Of a DNA stretch of 57,097 nucleotides, positions 10,170 to 19,105 are shown one piece after another; the stretch's first letter is position 1; every line of letters begins with the position of its first letter. Both the position numbers and the translations under genes were made by a program. Under the pieces are notes generated by a model, which worked only from the letters and a program-made list of their open reading frames with translations, was not told where the DNA came from and ran no database searches. The stretch covers positions 1 through 57,097 of the forward strand of contig JAWAQK010000008.1 of the NCBI GenBank assembly GCA_038893995.1, given 5' to 3'. The stretch comes from Candidatus Thorarchaeota archaeon (GTDB lineage Archaea > Asgardarchaeota > Thorarchaeia > Thorarchaeales > Thorarchaeaceae).

Positions 10170-11076
10170 AGGTTGTCTCTCCGGTTTCCACCGTGACTCG
10201 AGTTCCACATGCAAACTCTTGGTCGAATACCTCTCCAATGTGGGCGATAAGACGATGGTTCGATAGGACAGGTATGTAGACCGAGACTGGGGGTCTTCTC
10301 ATCAGACTCAGAACGGTCCCCTCTCTCTCCAGACCTACGAATTCGTAAGTCATGGTGGTCTTGGAGCGAATGGCCATGTTCAGAGCCCCACTGGCAACGA
10401 ACGATGAGACCGGACGAAGGAGTGACCCGAGGATGTCTCGCTTGTCATTCCAATCACTCCTGAGTAGGATCTTGACATTGCACCCCATCCCGAGGATACG
10501 AGCGAGAATCTCATTGTCACTGTCTAGGAGGCGCATTTCCAAATCGGGCGAATGAATTCGAACGATGCTGCCTTCGTGCGCTCTTGAGAATATGTATTTC
10601 TCTACTAGCAGCAGGGTCGTCTCAATTCCCCTGGCCGTCTCAACTCGCTGCACAGAATAGTCGTTCCCAATGCTTCCTGTGACAGTGGACTCATGCCTGC
10701 GTTTCCACTCCTCGAGGACCTTCAATTGAGTCACGGTCCGATCCAGTTCGTCCATGATAGACTGTAGCACAGTTCTGACCCTCTTCTGTAGTGCCCTTCT
10801 CATAGTCGCGACATTCGCAGTATATCGGTGTCTGTATCCGGTCCTATCGACACTGATGTATTCCTCCTCCTCGAGTTCCATCAATAGGCTGTACGCGGCC
10901 GATTCTCGTATCTTGCTTGATGGATATGTTTGACTGAGCATGTCATACAACACTGAGAATGGTACTTGGTCCTGTGTCTTGCTGGCCCTGAGTAGTACCG
11001 AGAGTACTCTGAATCTCCATTCATCTTCCCTGATCCCCAGATGCTGAGGCGTGACTGAAGATACTGGACGGTCCAT
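10147..11076 (-). CDS. TrmB-like protein, paralog 2
   Basis: wHTH (AYSLLMELEEEEYI...RHRY), coiled coil, GIETT...A.EGSIVRI, FDQEF; start estimated at MDRPV. Confidence 0.65.
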   Translation of the reverse strand: MDRPVSSVTPQHLGIREDEWRFRVLSVLLRASKTQDQVPFSVLYDMLSQTYPSSKIRESAAYSLLMELEEEEYISVDRTGYRHRYTANVATMRRALQKRVRTVLQSIMDELDRTVTQLKVLEEWKRRHESTVTGSIGNDYSVQRVETARGIETTLLLVEKYIFSRAHEGSIVRIHSPDLEMRLLDSDNEILARILGMGCNVKILLRSDWNDKRDILGSLLRPVSSFVASGALNMAIRSKTTMTYEFVGLEREGTVLSLMRRPPVSVYIPVLSNHRLIAHIGEVFDQEFACGTRVTVETGETTYDDRRHP

Positions 11077-11101
11077 CTCGGAATGACACTGCATCGATAG
11101 T

Positions 11102-12127
11102 TCACCTGTTTTCTCGTGCGGCCTCAGAGATAGATCTAGTGAAGGGGCCCGGTCCAACTCCCAGCATGGAGATCTCTCGATCTCCTATCTGTGTCATGGG
11201 AATTGCGCTACTCCATGCTCTATCAAACTCCCTCACGAGATCGTCTATCAGGTCTGCACTCGACTCCCTTGTATGGAGGACAGCGATGAGTTGATCATCG
11301 GGAATCATGAGGAGGGCCCTGTCCTTGTTCAGTATCACGAAATTGTAGCCGTCGATCTCAGACGATAGTCTCCACTCGAAGCTTACTCCTGCGTTCTTGA
11401 GTGCGTATACCTCCTGGACCGTAGATCGGATGTCCTGCTGGGCCAGCTGGGAGGCAACTCTTGCGTCTCCTCGGACCATTTCTGTACTCACGAGATATCT
11501 TATATCAGCGCCTCTTCTTGCGGCCTCGATGAACTTGACAGTTCTCTCGCCGATGCCAGTGACAAGTGGTCTCACCGAACCAACGAACAATCGGATCATG
11601 TCCCCCGTCTTTGCGCAAGATGCAAAGTTGTGCAACAGGATCCGATGCATGGCCTCGACACCTTCTACAATATGGTACTTGAGGTTCTGGACAACGCCCG
11701 ACGCACTGTAGACCAGCTGCTGAGCAAGTAGCCCGGGATCAATCTGTTCTATTGCCGAGACCTCCTGCTTCAGCTTCTCAATCTGTTCCATTCGCTGGCC
11801 AAGCGCTAAGGACTTCATCCTCTCGAGGCTACACGTAATGATGTCGACATCGGAGGAGTACGTCCTACGTGATGCAGCGTCCTCCGCCTTGACCAGACCA
11901 CGCCTCACCAGGAATCTCAGATGCCTCTGAATCGCTGCTGGGTGCGCTCGGGCGTGATCAACGCTGAGCCGTATCTGCTTGAGGGTCACAGTACCGGCTG
12001 TCGACATGGTCAACCTGAGTATCTCGCCCAATAGTGCGAGGGGACCGGATCCCTCTCTCAGTCCTTCCAGGCCTAACATGGCGAGCTTCGAATTCATGTC
12101 ATCAGAAGATCTGGAATCTGACAACAT
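11102..12127 (-). CDS. TrmB-like protein, paralog 1
   Basis: wHTH (IQRHLRFLVRRGLV...RRTY), coiled coil, AARRGADIRYL, FVILNKD, FDRAWSSA. Confidence 0.7.
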   Translation of the reverse strand: MLSDSRSSDDMNSKLAMLGLEGLREGSGPLALLGEILRLTMSTAGTVTLKQIRLSVDHARAHPAAIQRHLRFLVRRGLVKAEDAASRRTYSSDVDIITCSLERMKSLALGQRMEQIEKLKQEVSAIEQIDPGLLAQQLVYSASGVVQNLKYHIVEGVEAMHRILLHNFASCAKTGDMIRLFVGSVRPLVTGIGERTVKFIEAARRGADIRYLVSTEMVRGDARVASQLAQQDIRSTVQEVYALKNAGVSFEWRLSSEIDGYNFVILNKDRALLMIPDDQLIAVLHTRESSADLIDDLVREFDRAWSSAIPMTQIGDREISMLGVGPGPFTRSISEAARENR

Positions 12128-12275
12128 AGTATGTTCGCATCAGTCAAGAAGAATAACGGTCTTATGTGACTTTCTCAAGCTGTGCTCTGGGCTGGTGCTT
12201 AGGCTGCGGCGTAGTATCACGCAGGTGATACTGGCCGTATGCATTGGGGTTAGGGGGAGGGGGCCCCAATTTGGA

Positions 12276-13508
12276 TCAGGGTCCCGTTACGGCTATGCTC
12301 CTGAGGTACCCCACTCCGATATTGATCACCATTGGCAGAAACCTTGTCAGCAGACCGACAGCAGTTGATACGTTCGCATGTCCCTGAATAAGATCGTTGA
12401 GCGTCTGTGCATCGAGTTGTTTCAGGACAGTCTCAGCTGCGTCTATGGGATCGTTCAGCATCGAGTACTTGGTCACTGCCCACATTCCGCGGCCAGTGTT
12501 CTGGATGCTATAGGCCAATCTGGTCTTCCTGTATTCTATCTCGTACTTCCTCACACTTGACCTTGAGAAATCACCCGTGTCAGCCATCCTCTTTGCATGC
12601 TTGGCCAGAAGGGCCCCCGCATGAAGACACGTCGTCACACCGCCTCCGACTATCGACGATACCTGTCCTGCAGCGTTGCCACAGAGTGCAACTCCGGCGT
12701 CAGTAAACCTGGGAATGAGTCCCGCACACGGTACAACGCCCCCATTGACGGCGACCACTCTGGCGTTCTGGGTCTCAGGGTGCTCTCTCATGAACTTGTA
12801 CAGGACATCCCTCATGGGCGGCAGCCTCTCCCAGGTCTGTCTATGGGTCGGCACCCTTCCTATACCGAGGTTTGTCTCGGTCTCAGACCTGGGATAGAGC
12901 CAGAGGTATCCGAGGCCCACATCCTCTCCGACATAGAAGTAGGCCGTCGATGGGTCTAGTCCCTTACAGCCAGCAAGCTTGAACCTATATCCGTAGCTGA
13001 GCAACCATCTTGGATGGCGGAACCCTGCTGTTTCTGAGACCCTGCTGTACGAACCATCTGCACCGACGGTCAGTCCTGCGGCATACTCTCTCCCGTCTGA
13101 ACATCTGACCCCACACACGTGTCCCGCATCGAAGATCACAGACTGGACCGGAGACTTGTAGATGAACTCTGCACCATGGGAGATTGCACGGTCCCTCATC
13201 AGCTCCTTACATCTGCTTTCGTCAAGCAGATACGAGTTTCCCAAGAGTCGTCGGTCGACGACTATCTTCGAGCCTGTGTCGAGACTCTCTCCCACTATCG
13301 CGGTGAACTTGTTGCTCACGTATTCTGAACCCGGTCTGACACCAAGCATTCTGATTGCCTTCTCGGTGACGAGCTCTCCCATGAGCGCATCTGTCACAGA
13401 GTTCCTCCTCTCGAGCACGAGCGTCCTGAGTCCAAGAGCAGCAGCTCTCTGGGCAGTCATGAGCCCGGCGGGACCAGTTCCTGCGATCGCCAAGTCGTAG
13501 TCCGTCAT
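12276..13508 (-). CDS. Geranylgeranyl reductase family FAD oxidoreductase (DGGGPL reductase-like)
   Basis: YDLAIAGTGPAG, GADG..S, GYLWLYP, GNAAG.V....GGG motifs; start at MTDYD. Confidence 0.85.
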   Translation of the reverse strand: MTDYDLAIAGTGPAGLMTAQRAAALGLRTLVLERRNSVTDALMGELVTEKAIRMLGVRPGSEYVSNKFTAIVGESLDTGSKIVVDRRLLGNSYLLDESRCKELMRDRAISHGAEFIYKSPVQSVIFDAGHVCGVRCSDGREYAAGLTVGADGSYSRVSETAGFRHPRWLLSYGYRFKLAGCKGLDPSTAYFYVGEDVGLGYLWLYPRSETETNLGIGRVPTHRQTWERLPPMRDVLYKFMREHPETQNARVVAVNGGVVPCAGLIPRFTDAGVALCGNAAGQVSSIVGGGVTTCLHAGALLAKHAKRMADTGDFSRSSVRKYEIEYRKTRLAYSIQNTGRGMWAVTKYSMLNDPIDAAETVLKQLDAQTLNDLIQGHANVSTAVGLLTRFLPMVINIGVGYLRSIAVTGP

Positions 13509-13713
13509 CTTGTTACCACTGCAGGGACTGCAACTATCGTTTCTAAACATGTCTCCGCTGAACAGTGCGGCAATCTGAGATGGACTACAGACGCTCCTCG
13601 AGTGACTGCCTGCAGACTCCCCCTACAGATGCTCAAAGGCCTCACCATCATGTCTATATCATACTATGACTGCCATACCCCCCTCATCGATATCTCCAGG
13701 GAAATGGGTGACA

Positions 13714-14550
13714 ATGAAACCCCGGACTGTCGCGTACTCAATCTATATGATCCTCTCCATAATGATCAGCCTGTCAGTGTCCACCATTCCGTCTCTGGTC
13801 CTGATTCTGATTGCGTTTCAGAGAACAGACACAATTGTGACTGAAATCATTCCCCCGTTGTCTATCGTTCCCATGTCGCTACATTCACTCGCGGGGGACC
13901 TTCTTCCCGCCCTCTTCTATGAGAAGTTCTGGTTCATTGTGATGCTGATACCGGTCGTGATGGTAGCCTACGGCGTGTTCCTCGCCCTGCTTGCCGTCAT
14001 GTTCAGACTGTCGAGACGACTCGTACCGAATCTGCCAGACGGATACTATCCGAAACACACCGAAGACTGGCTGATCTACGAGTACTTCGAGGTATACTAC
14101 ATCCTCTTTGAGCGGTTTGCATCATTCTTCTCCGTCTTTCTCAACACTAGGCCGAGACATATGCTATTTGGTGCGAAGATTGGTAAGAACACGATCGTGG
14201 GCAATGGCAGGCTGTTCAACCCCGAGAGAACTATCATCGGCGAAAACTGTTTCTTTGGCTATAACGCAATCCTGAGTGGTCATGTCTACGAGGGTGATCG
14301 ACTCTATCTCAGGACGGTGAGACTTGGTAACAATGTCACAGTTGGGGCAAATGCGGTCGTCCTCCCAGGTGCGGACATTGGTGACAACGTGATCATTGCA
14401 GCCAACAGCACGGTCCCGAAGGACCGAGTCATCCCCCCGAACTCCATATGGATTCACGGAAAGTCGATTCCGAGAGATAGTTCGTCCAAGACAGACACAT
14501 CAGCCCATAGTGGGCTTGAGGGTCCGTTCGATGATGCCGGCTCCAGATGA
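13714..14550 (+). CDS. Membrane-bound left-handed beta-helix (hexapeptide repeat) acyltransferase, Pls/PosA terminal-domain-like
   Basis: Two hydrophobic segments, then LPDGYYP..WL, LFGAKIGKN and hexapeptide repeats (VTVGANAVVLPGADIGDN). Confidence 0.75.
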   Translation: MKPRTVAYSIYMILSIMISLSVSTIPSLVLILIAFQRTDTIVTEIIPPLSIVPMSLHSLAGDLLPALFYEKFWFIVMLIPVVMVAYGVFLALLAVMFRLSRRLVPNLPDGYYPKHTEDWLIYEYFEVYYILFERFASFFSVFLNTRPRHMLFGAKIGKNTIVGNGRLFNPERTIIGENCFFGYNAILSGHVYEGDRLYLRTVRLGNNVTVGANAVVLPGADIGDNVIIAANSTVPKDRVIPPNSIWIHGKSIPRDSSSKTDTSAHSGLEGPFDDAGSR

Positions 14551-14649
14551 ACCGATCGACATGAGCGCGAGTGTCCTGAGGATACCAGATAAGGGTCCAG
14601 ACTCCCGTTGGATTACTTCATAACACCTCGTAATGTATGTACTGACCAG

Positions 14650-16107
14650 ATGACGCGAGAGAGACCAGCCTACGCTCCCAGGAAGTATCAGTCGTACGTC
14701 CTGGAGCGGATCCGATCAAGCAGAGGCAGGAATGTCCTGGTCGAGCTAGACTGTGGTCTCGGGAAGCGATTCATAACGCATCAGTTGGTTGCAGAGATAT
14801 TCCCTGAACTGAGCTTTCTCATCGTAGTCCACTCGACATCATCGTTGGTTGAAACTCTGGACTATCTGAGGAGGGAGTATGGGATTGACGAGGGACAGCT
14901 CGGTGAGCTCTCCTCTCGGATCAGTTCTCCGAGAAGGCTGCGAGTGTTAATGGAGAGGCGTGTTGTAGTGACAACGCCCCAGGTCCTCACCCGGGTCCTG
15001 GAGGACCATCCTGAGGCGGCATCCCGATTCGACGCTGTGATTGTGAACGAGATAGACACACTGGTTCGAAGAGTTGGTGACAGCGTGAGCCTAGTGTACC
15101 CATGGTCGACCCTATTCTCAATGCTTGAGGGAAAGTGGATAGTTGGCATGAGCGGGACTCTGCGAGACGACCATGCGGTATTCAATGATAAGCAGCTCGA
15201 GATAAGGAACGAACTGGTCACTCTGAAGCAGGTCCTGCTTGGCGCTGAGCTGATTACCATGGACGAACTCTACGGTAGCACAGACGTCGAACAGTTTCTG
15301 GAGCCGACTGTCATCAGAGTGGTTCATATTGACGATCGGAACATACGCGCAATCGCCCTGGTGCTTGACGAACTCATTCAGTCCACCCGTTCAGAGATAG
15401 TGGCGGAACTTGTCAGAGATGGAAATGAGGAACTCGTAGAGGGTGATATCCGACGGATCCACCTCATGCTGTCGAGGCTGCCTGTGTCGGACGAGGTCAA
15501 AGGCAGGTACTCCGCACTCCTGATGCTGAGGAAGTACGTGTATGGAATGCCCCCCTCCAGTTTCATCCGAATGTTCCATAACGAGTACTTGGCGCACTAC
15601 TTCAATCTGCGCGGGATGGCATCGACCATTCCCGAGGTGTCCTCGAAGACAGTAGAGGTCCTCCGTCTGTCCAAGTCAAGACCCAAGACAGTCGTACTGA
15701 CTTCCTATCTTGAGATGGTTGACCAGATACGCGAGACGCTGGAGCGCTCCGGTATTTCCGTACTCACGCTCACGGGTCGTTCTCATGATAAGGCCGATGT
15801 CCTCAATGCCTTTCGCAACGACCCCTCTGCTCGGGTATTGGTCATGTCGCCAGTCGGCGAGAGAGACCTTGACATGCCGCAGGCGGACCTGATGATAGTA
15901 TGCGATGTCATAAACACGCCCAAGACCATGTACCAGAAATTCAAGCGTACACGGGGAGGTGAGGTCGTCATCCTGGCATATGCCGGCACATCGGAGACAC
16001 GGAAGGTCGAGCGTCTCGTCAAGTCTGTCCTTGATCGCTATCCGTGGTCGACGACCGTGTCTCCAGAGACGTCAAATTCCGATGACTGGCAGGGAGAGTT
16101 TCATTAG
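14650..16107 (+). CDS. SF2 (Hef/FANCM-like) helicase-fold protein with degenerate motifs
   Basis: PRKYQ (Q-motif), LDCGLGKR, TTPQ, VNEID, GMSGT, VGERDLDMP, QKFKRTRG. Confidence 0.75.
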   Translation: MTRERPAYAPRKYQSYVLERIRSSRGRNVLVELDCGLGKRFITHQLVAEIFPELSFLIVVHSTSSLVETLDYLRREYGIDEGQLGELSSRISSPRRLRVLMERRVVVTTPQVLTRVLEDHPEAASRFDAVIVNEIDTLVRRVGDSVSLVYPWSTLFSMLEGKWIVGMSGTLRDDHAVFNDKQLEIRNELVTLKQVLLGAELITMDELYGSTDVEQFLEPTVIRVVHIDDRNIRAIALVLDELIQSTRSEIVAELVRDGNEELVEGDIRRIHLMLSRLPVSDEVKGRYSALLMLRKYVYGMPPSSFIRMFHNEYLAHYFNLRGMASTIPEVSSKTVEVLRLSKSRPKTVVLTSYLEMVDQIRETLERSGISVLTLTGRSHDKADVLNAFRNDPSARVLVMSPVGERDLDMPQADLMIVCDVINTPKTMYQKFKRTRGGEVVILAYAGTSETRKVERLVKSVLDRYPWSTTVSPETSNSDDWQGEFH

Positions 16108-16161
16108 CGTTATAAGAACTTCAGCAGACACTCGTTCCAGCGAACGGCCGGGGTATCCACA

Positions 16162-16584
16162 TTGCAAGATGCAATCACTGTTGGCACGGATGTTGTAGAG
16201 GTCTCACGCTTCAGGCGACTACCATCTGGTCCACAGTTTTTCCGGAGAGTGTTTACAGATAGGGAGCTCTCCTACTGCCTGAGCCATCCCGATCCTGCGC
16301 CCCACATGGCAGCAACTTTTGCCGGCAAGGAGGCGGTCTGGAAGGCCATCCGAGGTGCTGTGCCAATCAGGGAGATAGAGATCCTTCACGACGAGAAGGG
16401 CGCACCGTATGTTCAACTTGCTCGTGATACGGGACTTGTCGTGTCAGTGAGCCTGGCCCACTCTTCACGCGATGCTGTGGCAGTAGCGATAGCCAGTGAT
16501 CGATCCCTTAAGGACGCGTCTGTCAGGCCTTCACTAGAGTCAGCATCTCACTCCATTCTGAGAGGTGAAATGATTGACCACTGA
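16162..16584 (+). CDS. acpS: Holo-[acyl-carrier-protein] synthase (4'-phosphopantetheinyl transferase)
   Basis: VGTDVVEV, FTDRE, FAGKEA.WKA, GAP, VSLAH motifs. Confidence 0.9.
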   Translation: MQDAITVGTDVVEVSRFRRLPSGPQFFRRVFTDRELSYCLSHPDPAPHMAATFAGKEAVWKAIRGAVPIREIEILHDEKGAPYVQLARDTGLVVSVSLAHSSRDAVAVAIASDRSLKDASVRPSLESASHSILRGEMIDH

Positions 16585-18409
16585 TCGACCTACCCTGGAC
16601 GAGATCTTGAACGAGGCAAGGAAGAACCCGTCCTATCTGAATCTGTGGAACGCACATAGACAGATTCGCAGACTGGAGTCAATGAGGCCTGACGGAAAAC
16701 GTCCAGAATTGAGGACTGCGGTCATAGGCTCATCAACACTCGACCCCCTTGCTGCGTGTCTTGACACCCTGATATGGCTCGAGGGGTTCTGGTCAGAACT
16801 GTATGTTGGGGGATTCAACCTCTACCGACAAGAGTCGCTAGATCCATCATCACCCCTCTATCGATTCCGCCCTGATATCGTGATCCTGAATGTTGATGCT
16901 TGGTCCTTGCTCGATCGGGAGTTCATCTCATCGTTCGTGAGGATGTCCCTTGAAGAACGAGTAGCGGCTCAGAAACACATGGTTGAGAGCCTGACATCCG
17001 TGGTGGGCGCACTGGTCAAGAACTCGTCAGCCACTGTGATCGTGAGTAACTTCATAGTTCCCAGCTTCACTCCCATCGGTATTGCAGACAACAGGCAGGA
17101 GATGGGCCTGAGAGAGTTCTTCTCTGGAGCAAACTCGATGCTGGAGGACCGGCTGCGACACGACGCAAGAGTCTTTCTGCTTGACCTGGATGCAGTTGCC
17201 GGAGAGTTTGGTAAGTCTCGCATGACTAACTGGAACACCTACTACAGGGGGTCTGTCCTCTACGGTGAGGACTTCTCGGTCGTCCTTGCCAGGGCGTATA
17301 TGCGATACATTCGGGCACTGAAGGGCAAGTCAAGAAAGTGCATAGTCTTGGATCTTGACAATACGCTCTGGGGAGGCATAATTGGAGAAGACGGATACGA
17401 CGGGATCAAGCTGTCGAACGTATCACCGGGTAATGAGTACATGGACTTCCAGAGAGCATTGCTCTCCCTCTACAGTCGGGGGGTGATCCTCGCGGTGAAC
17501 AGTAAGAACAACCCCGACGATGCCCTCCGTGTCATTCGCGAGCACCCCTATCAGTTGCTCAGAGAGGAACACTTCGCCGCCCTACGGATAAACTGGCAGG
17601 ACAAGGTTCAGAACATCCGCGAGATTGCTGAAGAGATCGGCATTGGCCTCGACAGCCTCGTGTTCATCGACGACAACCCTCATGAGCGAGAGCAGATGCG
17701 TCTGGCAGTCCCCGAGGTGTTGGTTCCAGAGTGGCCAAAGAATCCTCACCTCTACCGACAGGCACTCGAGTCGCTGGACGTGTTTGACGTCCTGACGATC
17801 ACACGAGAGGACATAGAGAGAGGTCAGATGTATGCAGGTCGTCGAAAGAGGGCCCAGCTGGAGTCGCAGGCGACCTCGCTGGAGGAGTTTCTCAGGAACC
17901 TTGGGCTGAAGGTGACAGTCCGACTGGCTGACGACTTCACCACCCCGCGTGTCACCCAGCTCATAAACAAGACCAATCAGTTCAATCTGACCACTCGTAG
18001 ATATACAGAGGCCGAAGTTCAGAGGCTGCGTGACTCCGACTCCTCGGCAGTGTACTGCATGAATGTGGAGGACAAGTTCGGTGACGAGGGACTTGTCGGT
18101 GTGGCCATCGTGAAGAAGTCCCCCGATGAGTGGTATATTGATTCATTCCTGATGAGTTGCAGAGTCATTGGTCGGTCCGCTGAAACTGCCCTTCTGGCCC
18201 GGATCGTGCGAGACGCGAAGGCTGCAGGAGTACGGTCGATCCGGGGTGAGTTCATTCCTACTAAGAAGAATCCCCCGGCACGTGACTTCTACGAGCGTCA
18301 TGGATTCTCGATGGTGTCTACCAGTCAAGACGGAACGGTGACCTGGACCCTAGACCTATCAGAGAAGTCGGTGGAAGTGCCAGAATGGATCGAGCTACTG
18401 GGAGAGTGA
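16574..18409 (+). CDS. fkbH: FkbH-like glyceryl transferase/phosphatase (HAD-IIIC + GNAT-like domain)
   Basis: KCIVLDLDNTLWGG, SKNN, FIDDNP.ER, KTNQFNLTT.RY, DKFGD.G, FLMSCRV. Confidence 0.92.
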   Translation: MTTDRPTLDEILNEARKNPSYLNLWNAHRQIRRLESMRPDGKRPELRTAVIGSSTLDPLAACLDTLIWLEGFWSELYVGGFNLYRQESLDPSSPLYRFRPDIVILNVDAWSLLDREFISSFVRMSLEERVAAQKHMVESLTSVVGALVKNSSATVIVSNFIVPSFTPIGIADNRQEMGLREFFSGANSMLEDRLRHDARVFLLDLDAVAGEFGKSRMTNWNTYYRGSVLYGEDFSVVLARAYMRYIRALKGKSRKCIVLDLDNTLWGGIIGEDGYDGIKLSNVSPGNEYMDFQRALLSLYSRGVILAVNSKNNPDDALRVIREHPYQLLREEHFAALRINWQDKVQNIREIAEEIGIGLDSLVFIDDNPHEREQMRLAVPEVLVPEWPKNPHLYRQALESLDVFDVLTITREDIERGQMYAGRRKRAQLESQATSLEEFLRNLGLKVTVRLADDFTTPRVTQLINKTNQFNLTTRRYTEAEVQRLRDSDSSAVYCMNVEDKFGDEGLVGVAIVKKSPDEWYIDSFLMSCRVIGRSAETALLARIVRDAKAAGVRSIRGEFIPTKKNPPARDFYERHGFSMVSTSQDGTVTWTLDLSEKSVEVPEWIELLGE

Positions 18410-18645
18410 GCGAAACGGATCCAGACACGTTACTCGAGGAAATTGTGTCCAAGGTCCTGCTCATCGACAGAGAGAGGATCAGTGACAGCCTGAGGAGAAA
18501 GGACTTCGAACCCTGGGACTCATTGGCGCATCTAGTGCTCATAAGTGAGATAGAGAACGCGTTTGGCGTGTTGTTCGAGGATGAGGAGATCGTCGACATC
18601 TGGACAGTGGGTGATCTTCGACGCGTGCTCAAGGCCAAGCTATGA
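18406..18645 (+). CDS. Acyl carrier protein
   Basis: 79-aa acidic protein with WDSL phosphopantetheine-attachment Ser, IENAFGV, TVGDL; GTG start overlaps the fkbH stop (GTGA). Confidence 0.88.
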   Translation: MSETDPDTLLEEIVSKVLLIDRERISDSLRRKDFEPWDSLAHLVLISEIENAFGVLFEDEEIVDIWTVGDLRRVLKAKL

Positions 18646-19092
18646 CTCTCTGTTCGGTCTTGTCAACCGCTGGACAGGTCGTGACGGATTTCCCGCCACC
18701 AGCGTCATCGGAGGGACGTCCCTGCTCACTACGGAGCCGGCTGCCACGATGGCGCCCGCACCCACTCTCACTCCCGGGAGGATTATGGCGCCTGCAGCTA
18801 TCCACGCTCCCCTCTCTATCACCACTCTTGCAGGTTCCTCCCTGAAGACGCCACTCAGTCTGTGAAACGCACTTGCACCTGAGTGCGCCATTATCTTGAC
18901 ACCAGGTCCGATCGATGCCCAGTCCTGTATCTCCACAAGCTCGGGATGCTCACTGTCTATCTCCACCAGGTATCCTATGAAGACACCCTTACCGATCTTG
19001 ACACCACAACGTCTGTACACGGAGGCCCTGAACTGATATACAGGTGCCAGCCAGGCCAGCACTCTGAGAAGTCTGCCAATGATCTTTCCCAT
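18640..19092 (-). CDS. Hexapeptide-repeat (LbH) acyltransferase, maltose/galactoside O-acetyltransferase-like
   Basis: GVKIGKGVFIG, IMAH, AIILPGVRVGAGAIVAAGSVV, VAGNP. Confidence 0.85.
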   Translation of the reverse strand: MGKIIGRLLRVLAWLAPVYQFRASVYRRCGVKIGKGVFIGYLVEIDSEHPELVEIQDWASIGPGVKIMAHSGASAFHRLSGVFREEPARVVIERGAWIAAGAIILPGVRVGAGAIVAAGSVVSRDVPPMTLVAGNPSRPVQRLTRPNRES

Positions 19093-19105
19093 TGAATGGT
19101 AGCCC

